From a bacterium (lineage in GTDB: Bacteria; Orphanbacterota; Orphanbacteria; Orphanbacterales; Orphanbacteraceae), in contig JALGYY010000035.1 in NCBI GenBank assembly GCA_025782575.1, forward strand, positions 20,670 through 84,669: 64,000 nucleotides of DNA, given 5' to 3'. Under the pieces are notes generated by a model. That model did no database searches and had not been told where the DNA came from. It worked only from the letters and a program-made list of their open reading frames with translations. A program made the translations under genes and the position numbers. Below, piece by piece: positions 56,601-64,000 of this stretch (positions within the stretch are counted from its first letter, which is position 1; every line of letters begins with the position of its first letter).

Positions 56601-57418
56601 ACGACCGTCCTTCATCGACCGGTGGCGGAGGGCCGCTCGCCGGAATACGGGTTGTTCTCACCAGGCCACGCGACCTCGCACCAGAATGGAAAGAAGCTCT
56701 CCGTTCATCGGGAGCGGAAGTGCTCCTGTTTCCCACGATTCGAATCCGACCGATTCCGAGTTCACTGAAACCGTCTCTCGCCCGGCTCGATGAATTCGAC
56801 TGGATCATATTCACGAGCCGTAACGCCGTGCGCCTTTTTGCCCAGGCGATTCCACCAGGCAGCACGATGGCGAAATTTCTCGCTCCGGTAAATGCCAGGG
56901 TAGCGGCCGTCGGAAGGGGAACAGGAGAGGAACTGGAAACCAGGGGAGTCGCCGGTGCATTGGTATCCGAGAGGGGTGACGGCCTCTCCCTCGCTGAAGA
57001 CATTATCAGACAGTTTAACTCCCCCGGTCCGAAAGTGCTGCTCCCTCGATCAGCCGCCGGTCTTTCGGAATTGCCGGATCGACTCGCAGCGGCAGGTGCT
57101 GTGGTTACCGATATTTCAATCTATGAGACTGTCCGGGAAGAGAGGCATTCAGCTGAGATTCTCGGAAAGATCCGGAGCAACCGGTTCGATGTCGTGCTAT
57201 TTTCGAGCCCGAGCAGCCTGGATAGTTTTCTGGAACTGGCCGGTAGAGAAAGCCTGTCCGATCGAGCCATTGCGATCGGCGTCATCGGCAAAGTGACTGC
57301 GGGAGCGCTCCGGAAAACGGGCCGTGAACCTGATTTCATCATGGCGGCGCCGACTACGAGCGCGATGATCGATTCGATGACACTCTGGCGCCAATCGCGC
57401 CGAACCAGGAGCAATTGA
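56597..57418 (+). CDS. hemD: Uroporphyrinogen-III synthase
   Basis: HEM4 fold '[10 protein letters not shown]...FTSRNAV'. Position between hemC and hemB. Confidence 0.8.
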   Translation: MNDRPSSTGGGGPLAGIRVVLTRPRDLAPEWKEALRSSGAEVLLFPTIRIRPIPSSLKPSLARLDEFDWIIFTSRNAVRLFAQAIPPGSTMAKFLAPVNARVAAVGRGTGEELETRGVAGALVSERGDGLSLAEDIIRQFNSPGPKVLLPRSAAGLSELPDRLAAAGAVVTDISIYETVREERHSAEILGKIRSNRFDVVLFSSPSSLDSFLELAGRESLSDRAIAIGVIGKVTAGALRKTGREPDFIMAAPTTSAMIDSMTLWRQSRRTRSN

Positions 57419-57419
57419 T

Positions 57420-58391
57420 ATGGAGTTTCCACTCTCCCGCATGCGGCGCCTGCGCGCGAACCCGACGATCAGGCGGATGGTCCGCGAAACACGTCTCACC
57501 CCCGATCACCTTATCTATCCACTGTTCGTAATTCATGGGGAGGGACTGGAAAGGCCGATCGCTTCCATGCCGGGTGTCTTCCAATATTCGATCGACCGGA
57601 TGATCGAAGAGGCCCGTGCCGCTCATGCCGACGGAATTCCCGCCGTGATTCTATTCGGTCTCCCCGCGCAGAAAGACGCGGCCGGAACCGAAGCATACGC
57701 GGAAGACGGCATCATCCAGAGAGCGGTAACAGCATTGAAGAACGAGATTCCAACTCTGCTTGTCATTACCGATGTCTGTCTCTGCGAGTACACCGATCAT
57801 GGACATTGCGGTCTTCTCGATGGTGAGAAAATTGATAATGACACCACTCTTCCTCTCCTCGCTCGAGAAGCGGTCTCCCACGCCCTTGCGGGTGCCGACA
57901 TGGTCGCCCCTTCTGACATGATGGATGGGCGCGTTGCTGCGATCAGGCATGCCCTCGACGGCAAGGGGTTCGCTGACACGCCGATTCTCTCGTACGCAGC
58001 CAAGTTCTCGTCAGCTTTCTACGGTCCGTTTCGTAATGCGGCCGATTCAGCTCCTCAGTTCGGAGACCGCAAGAGCTATCAGATGGACCCGGCCAACAGG
58101 AGACAGGCCCTTCGGGAGGTCGAACTTGACATAGTAGAAGGAGCCGATCTGATCATGGTCAAACCCGCGCTTTCTTACCTCGATGTGATCCGTGAAGTCC
58201 GCAACAGTTTCGATTTACCGGTAGTGGCATACAACGTCAGTGGTGAATACTCGATGGTCCACGCAGCGGCCGAAAGGGGTTGGGTCGACGGGGAAGCGCT
58301 TGCCCTGGAAATTCTTCTATCCATACGAAGGGCGGGAGCGGATCTGATCATCACGTACCACGCCCGAGAAGCCTGCCGGTGGTTTGCGTAG
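57420..58391 (+). CDS. hemB: Porphobilinogen synthase (delta-aminolevulinic acid dehydratase)
   Basis: '[16 protein letters not shown]', '[14 protein letters not shown]' (Zn site) and '[11 protein letters not shown]' (Schiff-base Lys). Confidence 0.92.
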   Translation: MEFPLSRMRRLRANPTIRRMVRETRLTPDHLIYPLFVIHGEGLERPIASMPGVFQYSIDRMIEEARAAHADGIPAVILFGLPAQKDAAGTEAYAEDGIIQRAVTALKNEIPTLLVITDVCLCEYTDHGHCGLLDGEKIDNDTTLPLLAREAVSHALAGADMVAPSDMMDGRVAAIRHALDGKGFADTPILSYAAKFSSAFYGPFRNAADSAPQFGDRKSYQMDPANRRQALREVELDIVEGADLIMVKPALSYLDVIREVRNSFDLPVVAYNVSGEYSMVHAAAERGWVDGEALALEILLSIRRAGADLIITYHAREACRWFA

Positions 58392-58613
58392 CCTACCGGT
58401 TAAATGACCGGCCCTCCAGGTCCTTCCAGTCCTTCCCTTTCCCTTCAGGGGCGATCCCGCCGCCCAATCGTCATCATTCCTGAGCATCCGTACCAAACTC
58501 GCTAAGAACAGATCTAAAGATCACCGATCTTCCATCCGAAACGGAGATTGAGGGATCGCAGGGTAATCCCTCTGCCGTTTGTCGATTTGTGACGCAATTG
58601 CGCGGATACAAAC

Positions 58614-60293
58614 ATGGAAGATGAAAAAATTATAGATAGCGCAGAAGATCGGCCGCTCCCCCCCCGTCTGACCGAAGATGAGTTGCGGGAGCGGGCAACG
58701 CGACTCGATCTCCCCTACGTTCGTCCGGATACGGCGACCGTCGATCAGATCGTGATCGAACAGGTCCCGGAAAGCACCGCACGCAGGCTTCGTGCCTTGC
58801 CCCTTTTCCTCGTTGAGGCTTCCCTTTCGGTCGCCATGACCGATCCTACCGATGTTCTCGCGTTGGACGAACTCCGGCGAATCACCGGCTACGCCATTCT
58901 CCCGGCGCTCTGTGGAGAAGAGTTTCTGCAAGATGCTTTCGATCGCTATTACCGAGTGGATTCCACGATTCGAGTGGTCCTCGAGCGTATGAAAGATACG
59001 AAAAAGGAGATCGAGGAAGACGAATCGGTCCGGCATCGAATCGATGACGTAGAGAGCGGCCATGACATCGTCGATCTCGTGAACATGATCCTTCTGCAGG
59101 CCGTTCGTGATGGGGCGAGTGACATACACGTGGAGCCGGATGATCACCTCTTCCGAATCCGCTATCGGGTGGACGGTGTGCTTCGGGAAGCACACTCAGC
59201 CGCGATGGGAATCCATCCGGCGTTCACTTCCCGCCTGAAAACGATGTCCAACATGGATATTACCGAGAAGCGCCTTCCCCAGGACGGCCGCATGCTCGTT
59301 CGAACCGGCGGCAAGGAGATTGATTTCCGAGTGAGTTCGCTCCCCACTGTGCAAGGTGAGAAAGTAGTGCTCCGGATTCTTGACCAGGAGGCCTTGCGAC
59401 TCGACCTCGATCACCTCGGGTTCCCGGACGGCGTCAAGCAGGCCTGGCTGAAACTGATCAATCATCCGGACGGAATGATCCTTGTGACCGGCCCCACGGG
59501 AAGCGGGAAGACATCAACCCTCTATTCCACACTGCAGAAGCTCAATTCCATCGATCGCAATATCATCACCGTGGAGGATCCGGTGGAGTACAACTTCCCG
59601 GTGATCAATCAGGTGCAGGTGAACGACAAGGCCGGCCTCGTTTTCTCGAGCGTACTGCGCAGCATCCTTCGACAGGATCCCGACATTGTAATGGTCGGCG
59701 AAATACGCGACAGGACGACTGCTGAAATCGGCATTCGTGCGGCCCTTACCGGTCATCTCGTCCTCAGTACTTTGCATACGAATGATTCGGTAAGCGCGGT
59801 AACACGTCTCGTCGATATGGGGATTCCCCCGTTTCTGGTAGCGACTACCATTCGAGGCATTCTGGCGCAGCGTCTCATCCGGATGATCTGCAGCAAGTGC
59901 CGAGCCCGGACCGAACCGGAAGGGGAGCTCCTCCACCTCGCCGGTCTGTCACCGAGCGATGCCCGGTCAATGGAGTTCTACAAAGGGAATGGCTGCCGGG
60001 CCTGCTCCAACACCGGATACCGGGGCCGGACGGGAGTGTATGAGGTACTGGTCTTCTCCCACGCCGTGAATCGAGCGATTGTCGCTGAAAAATCAGAATC
60101 CGAGATCGTATCAGCCGCCAGGAAGGAGGGTGCTTTCTGCCGCCTCTGGGATGACGGGATGGACAAGGCGCGCCAGGGGATCACTACGCTCGAAGAGGTG
60201 ATCCGCGTAACCCGGGTCGCCGAGGAGGCCGAAGAAGCAAGGTCTGAAGCTGGTGAGCCCCTCCCGGCCGCACCCGAGGGAGGGGCGGCGTAG
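58614..60293 (+). CDS. gspE: Type II secretion / type IV pilus assembly ATPase (GspE/PilB family)
   Basis: N-terminal GSPII_E_N region. Walker A 'GPTGSGKTSTL'. Asp/His boxes. C-terminal Cys tetrad 'CSKC...CRAC'. Confidence 0.88.
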   Translation: MEDEKIIDSAEDRPLPPRLTEDELRERATRLDLPYVRPDTATVDQIVIEQVPESTARRLRALPLFLVEASLSVAMTDPTDVLALDELRRITGYAILPALCGEEFLQDAFDRYYRVDSTIRVVLERMKDTKKEIEEDESVRHRIDDVESGHDIVDLVNMILLQAVRDGASDIHVEPDDHLFRIRYRVDGVLREAHSAAMGIHPAFTSRLKTMSNMDITEKRLPQDGRMLVRTGGKEIDFRVSSLPTVQGEKVVLRILDQEALRLDLDHLGFPDGVKQAWLKLINHPDGMILVTGPTGSGKTSTLYSTLQKLNSIDRNIITVEDPVEYNFPVINQVQVNDKAGLVFSSVLRSILRQDPDIVMVGEIRDRTTAEIGIRAALTGHLVLSTLHTNDSVSAVTRLVDMGIPPFLVATTIRGILAQRLIRMICSKCRARTEPEGELLHLAGLSPSDARSMEFYKGNGCRACSNTGYRGRTGVYEVLVFSHAVNRAIVAEKSESEIVSAARKEGAFCRLWDDGMDKARQGITTLEEVIRVTRVAEEAEEARSEAGEPLPAAPEGGAA

Positions 60294-61504
60294 TGGGCAT
60301 GTTCGTCTACCGAGCACTTACATCGAACGGCCAGGTTGTTTCCGGCCTCGAAGATGCCACCACAATGCGGGCGGCATCGGAACGGCTTCAGGCGCGCAAT
60401 CTCATGCCCATCGAAGTGAGGGAAGATAAAGAGAAGACATCTATTCTCTCACGAATTCTCCCCCGTCGAATTCCGAGCGAGCTCCGGCTCCAGGCGCTCG
60501 GCCATCTCTCCAGCCTTTTAAACGCCGGACTTTCGCTCACGCTCTGCTTGCGAACGATTGCCGACCAGATCCGACATGACGGACTTCGTCGTGTTCTCAG
60601 GGACATTTCCACGCAGGTGCAGCAGGGAAAGACATTCACCGAATCACTGGAGACCCACGGCGAACTTTTCCCGCCAATCCATCGCTCCATGATCCGGGCC
60701 GGCGAGGAATCGGGCCACCTGTCCGACGTTCTCGATCGCCTGGTCGAGCATACGGAGAGGGAGCAGGTGCTGAAGAGGAAGGTGGTGGAGGCGAGTACCT
60801 ATCCCGTGATCGTTATTTGCATCGCCGTGGTGATTGTCGGGCTTCTCCTCACTTTCGTCGTTCCCAAATTTGTCGAAGTGCTCCAGCAGGGTGATAGGGA
60901 GCTTCCCGGTCCGACAAGAGTACTCATGGCGATTTCGGCCGCGTTCCGTCAGTACGGACTGTTCGGTCTCGGCGTTCTGGTACTGGGGGGACTCGGCATG
61001 CCGGGTCTCCTTCGCCGTCCCGGGTTCCGTCTGAAATGGGATCGCTCGCTCCTACACATTCCCGTGGTAGGCGACCTGTTGAAGAAGGCGGCCATCGCCC
61101 GGTTCGCCCATACATTGGGAACGCTGCTCGAAAGCGGACTCCCCCTTCTCACATCCCTCCGGTTGACAGCGCCCGTCCTCGGCAATCTGGCACTCGAACA
61201 GATCTTGATGAAGACGGTCGCCGCGATCGAGAGCGGGGAAGACCTGACAGCTCCGATAAGAAGGGAGCCCCTCTTTCCCCCCATGGTTGTTCAAATGATC
61301 GCCGTGGGAGAGGCGAGCGGCTCGTTGGAGCTCATGCTCGGAAAGATCGGAAAGATGTACGACAAGGAAGTGGAGGCGGCCGCCCGGCGGCTCATGCTCG
61401 TGCTCGAACCGGCGCTCATCGTCGTACTCGGCGTGATCGTGGCATACGTCGCCCTCGCCCTGCTTCTACCGATGCTCAATGCGGTGAGCGGACTGCGCCG
61501 CTGA
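60293..61504 (+). CDS. gspF: Type II secretion system platform protein (GspF/PilC family)
   Basis: Two T2SSF repeats and 3 TM segments. 403 aa. Confidence 0.88.
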   Translation: MGMFVYRALTSNGQVVSGLEDATTMRAASERLQARNLMPIEVREDKEKTSILSRILPRRIPSELRLQALGHLSSLLNAGLSLTLCLRTIADQIRHDGLRRVLRDISTQVQQGKTFTESLETHGELFPPIHRSMIRAGEESGHLSDVLDRLVEHTEREQVLKRKVVEASTYPVIVICIAVVIVGLLLTFVVPKFVEVLQQGDRELPGPTRVLMAISAAFRQYGLFGLGVLVLGGLGMPGLLRRPGFRLKWDRSLLHIPVVGDLLKKAAIARFAHTLGTLLESGLPLLTSLRLTAPVLGNLALEQILMKTVAAIESGEDLTAPIRREPLFPPMVVQMIAVGEASGSLELMLGKIGKMYDKEVEAAARRLMLVLEPALIVVLGVIVAYVALALLLPMLNAVSGLRR

Positions 61505-61536
61505 TAAGGACAGTTCAGTCCGAAAGGAGATTGGTA

Positions 61537-62064
61537 ATGCGATTCATCCGAAACAGGAGAGGTTTCTCCCTCGCGGAAATTCTCATCGTTCTCGGCATAA
61601 TGGGGATTCTCGCTACAGTTGTGGTGATCAATTTTGCCGGAAGTGATACGGGGGCGAAAGAGGAGACCATGAAGTCGAACGTCGCCGTTTTTCGTGAGGC
61701 GATCGATCTGTACAGAGCCGACCATGGCTGGTATCCGTGCGATCCCGTAAAAGACTGGAACAAGGCGGGGAAGCCGAGTAATTTCCACCGTCAAATGACT
61801 GAGTTCACGGATGTCACCGGCAAGCCGTCAACGAAGAAGACGACGAAATTCAAATACGGACCCTATCTCCGTAAATTCCCCGAGGAATCGGTTACCAAGT
61901 CGACCGCCATCTACGTTGACAAAATCAACGAGCGGATCCAGTCCAAGATGGCAGCCACGGTCGCCAAGGGAACCGGTAGTGGGGGCTGGTACTACGAAGC
62001 GAAGTCAGGAAATGTCTGCGCCAATCTGGGCAAGGCCTATCCCATAGAGTATGCCGGTTACTAG
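61537..62064 (+). CDS. gspG: Type II secretion major pseudopilin GspG-like
   Basis: Prepilin leader and N-methylation site 'RRGFSLAEILIVLGIMGILA'. 'EAIDLYRADHGWYP' GspG signature. RBS GAAAGGAGA. The ORF-track 61036 start is a spurious extension. Confidence 0.8.
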   Translation: MRFIRNRRGFSLAEILIVLGIMGILATVVVINFAGSDTGAKEETMKSNVAVFREAIDLYRADHGWYPCDPVKDWNKAGKPSNFHRQMTEFTDVTGKPSTKKTTKFKYGPYLRKFPEESVTKSTAIYVDKINERIQSKMAATVAKGTGSGGWYYEAKSGNVCANLGKAYPIEYAGY

Positions 62065-62114
62065 AAAAAATCGGATCGGGGGAGCGGCCGGACAGTTCCG
62101 CCGGAGGACTACTG

Positions 62115-63761
62115 ATGCGGAAGCGAGCAAAATTCCTGGTCGGAATCCACGTGGGGGAATCCCGTATGGACGGTGTTCTCTTGCGGGGTGGCAGGAGAGC
62201 GGAGAAGCCGCTACGCCGACTGGCACGGGAATGGGCAAGGGGGGCGGACATACCGCTCGAATCGTTTCTGTCTGAACTCGTGCCGGAGGCGAAACTCCGC
62301 AATCTGGCTGTGGCGTTCCTGCTCGACCGCGTCCAGTTCGCGTTCGAGCGAAGAACATTTCCTTTCATGGATCCGAGTGACTTTCTGAGGGCCACACGGT
62401 GGTACGGGGAGAACAACAGGAGGACCGATCTCGAGAACCCCCATTTCTCCGCCTGGCATCAGCCGGGCGCACCAACGGGGGAGCGTCATGAGGCGATAGA
62501 CTCCCTGCTTCTGGAAACGGATGGCGACGAAGTAGATCGACTGCTGGAAGCGGTCACTCGGGCCGGCATCAAGAAGTACGGCCTGATTCCCGCTCCATTG
62601 GCCTGGCAATCCTTCCTGCCCTCCCGTCTGGAAGAAGACCATGTAGATACAGCCGTGATAGTGGAACTCGGCCGCGAGTCAGGAAACCTGACGGTGTACG
62701 AAGGAAATCGACTCGTGATCCATCGTGAAGTCGATCTCGCGCCCGACCCGTTCGATCTATCTAAGGATGAGCTCGCAATCTCATTGACTCCGGTGGATGA
62801 GACAGTGGCGACTGCGGTGTTGACGAAACCTGAACCCGCCGTTTCCACTTCAAAATTGGTGACCGAACTGCAACGAACGGCGCACTATGTCGAGTCTCGA
62901 TATTCGATCGTTCCGGAAGCGGTCTATCTGACCGGGCCGGATCCCGAGCTAACAGAAGCACTCTCTCATTCCCTTGGATGGAAAACAGGAACTCTCCTGA
63001 CCGGGCAGGAGGCCCTTGTGTCATGGGGAGAGCCATTTGCAGCGTGTGTCGGTTCGGCCATGCGTCTCGGATCGGGCGAATCAGTCGGTCTGATTCCTGA
63101 CAGGGCCCCGCGAACGAGACTCATGCGCGAATTGAACCGTCAGAGGAACTGGCTGGTCAACGGCGCCCTTCGGGGTCTGCTGGGAGCGTTACTCGTGCTC
63201 CTGCTCATCCAGCTGGGATCTTACATTGGTACCAGGAATCGGGACCAGTTGTCGGATCGAGTAGCCCGACTTACAGAATCTTACGAGCTTCCTGAACTTG
63301 AAGCCCGACTTACAGAATGGGAACGCTCCGCACTCACCCTGAATCACTTCCGGTCGATGCAGTTTCTTTGGTCCGAGGTTTTTCGATCGGTAGGGACAGG
63401 CGTACCGGATCGGCTATCACTCTCCCTCGTCAGCGGAGAAGTGCCCGGACTATCGGAAATGGATCTCGAAGCGGTCGATCCGCTGGCCATTCCTGACCCG
63501 CTCGCGGACGTCTGGGATGATGAGTGGGAGGAAGAAGAGGCATCCGTTCCCTGGATGACGTTGCAGGGCACGAGTGTGTCCATGCATCCGATTCGTGAAC
63601 TGATCCGTTCGTTGGAGAAGAGCCCCCCGTTCCGCCAGGTCATTCTGGAATCGGCTGAGTACGATGAAGACAAGAGTGACGGCACTCTCCTGTTCCTCGT
63701 TCGGTGCCGGCCCGCTGTTGATCGAACCACGTGGAGAGAAAGGGAGTCTGGTGATGATTGA
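62115..63761 (+). CDS. GspL / PilM-PilN-like bitopic assembly protein
   Basis: About 340 aa cytoplasmic region, a single TM segment 'ALRGLLGALLVLLLIQLGSYI', and a ~170 aa periplasmic region. Position after the pseudopilin gene. Confidence 0.45.
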   Translation: MRKRAKFLVGIHVGESRMDGVLLRGGRRAEKPLRRLAREWARGADIPLESFLSELVPEAKLRNLAVAFLLDRVQFAFERRTFPFMDPSDFLRATRWYGENNRRTDLENPHFSAWHQPGAPTGERHEAIDSLLLETDGDEVDRLLEAVTRAGIKKYGLIPAPLAWQSFLPSRLEEDHVDTAVIVELGRESGNLTVYEGNRLVIHREVDLAPDPFDLSKDELAISLTPVDETVATAVLTKPEPAVSTSKLVTELQRTAHYVESRYSIVPEAVYLTGPDPELTEALSHSLGWKTGTLLTGQEALVSWGEPFAACVGSAMRLGSGESVGLIPDRAPRTRLMRELNRQRNWLVNGALRGLLGALLVLLLIQLGSYIGTRNRDQLSDRVARLTESYELPELEARLTEWERSALTLNHFRSMQFLWSEVFRSVGTGVPDRLSLSLVSGEVPGLSEMDLEAVDPLAIPDPLADVWDDEWEEEEASVPWMTLQGTSVSMHPIRELIRSLEKSPPFRQVILESAEYDEDKSDGTLLFLVRCRPAVDRTTWRERESGDD

Positions 63762-63763
63762 TC

Positions 63764-64000
63764 GTCTGGGCCAGACCCTTGCGTCCCGAGGAGGACTGGG
63801 CATGCCGCTCATGACCGCCCTCGTCACGGTCATGGTGGCAGCCATATGTCTGTCATTCGTCTGGAAGGGACCAGGGAAGAATCTGGTGCGCCTGCACGAG
63901 GACATTCAGGAACTTCAGATGGAATACAAGCGATCCATGGCGGAGATTTCGGAGAGTCGTAAACGATTCCTGGAAGGAGAAGAAGCGGAGATTCTCAAAT
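63764..64000 (+). CDS. Partial gene, possible GspM/PilO-like bitopic protein (3' truncated)
   Basis: 'MIDRLGQ...' then TM 'PLMTALVTVMVAAICLSFVW', then a helical region. Runs off the window. Confidence 0.3.

Noticed and set aside
61036-61536. N-terminal 167-aa Arg-rich extension of the ORF-track call 61036..62064
   Set aside because: It overlaps the gspF coding region in another frame and is low-complexity. The true gene is gspG, starting at ATG 61537 with a good RBS and a prepilin leader.

Overview
This is a high-GC (about 60%) bacterial chromosomal segment. I see no prophage, IS element, integrase or CRISPR signatures.

Layout:
- 0-29.3 kb, plus strand: flagellar and motility region.
  - fliR (5' partial), flhB, flhA and fliA, with no flhF or flhG between flhA and fliA.
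  - A small ORF and a 404-aa hypothetical, possibly FliK-like.
  - A near-perfect sigma-54 promoter (TGGCACG-N4-TTGCA) immediately upstream of flgF-flgG-flgA-flgH-flgI-flgJ(SLT fusion)-flgN-flgK-flgL-fliW-csrA.
  - A roughly 7.6 kb protein-glycosylation island, translationally coupled to csrA:
    - a Cys-rich GT9 heptosyltransferase-like enzyme;
    - a SAM methyltransferase;
    - a 1301-aa GT2-GT4-GT2-TPR megaprotein;
    - a GT2-TPR enzyme carrying a G9 homopolymer.
  - Then fliC (candidate sigma-28 promoter), fliS, fliD, flgM, flbD-motA-motB, a second motB-like gene lacking the proton-channel Asp, and an HDOD protein.
- 29.4-39.1 kb, minus strand: a SprA-related HExxH protein, tRNA-Lys(UUU), purA, a class V aminotransferase, engB, lon, clpX, clpP, tig and tRNA-Leu(UAG).
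- 39.2-44.8 kb, minus strand: an EPS-like locus. It contains a priming sugar transferase with a promoter-plus-terminator leader, a multi-FN3 lipoprotein, a PEGA-like secreted protein and a polysaccharide deacetylase.
- 45-50.3 kb: peptide/nickel-type ABC substrate-binding protein plus two permeases with no ATPase, then an internally duplicated lipoprotein.
- 50.4-53.5 kb: two small secreted hypotheticals on the minus strand and an Omp85-family outer-membrane protein.
- 53.5-58.4 kb: ccsA/hemX-like membrane protein, then hemA, hemC, hemD and hemB.
- 58.6-64 kb: gspE, gspF, gspG, a GspL/PilM-PilN-like protein and a partial downstream gene. This is a reduced T2SS/T4P-like module.

The most interesting candidate for a novel system is the flagellum-embedded glycosylation island, with its metal-cluster GT9 and giant multi-GT-TPR enzymes.
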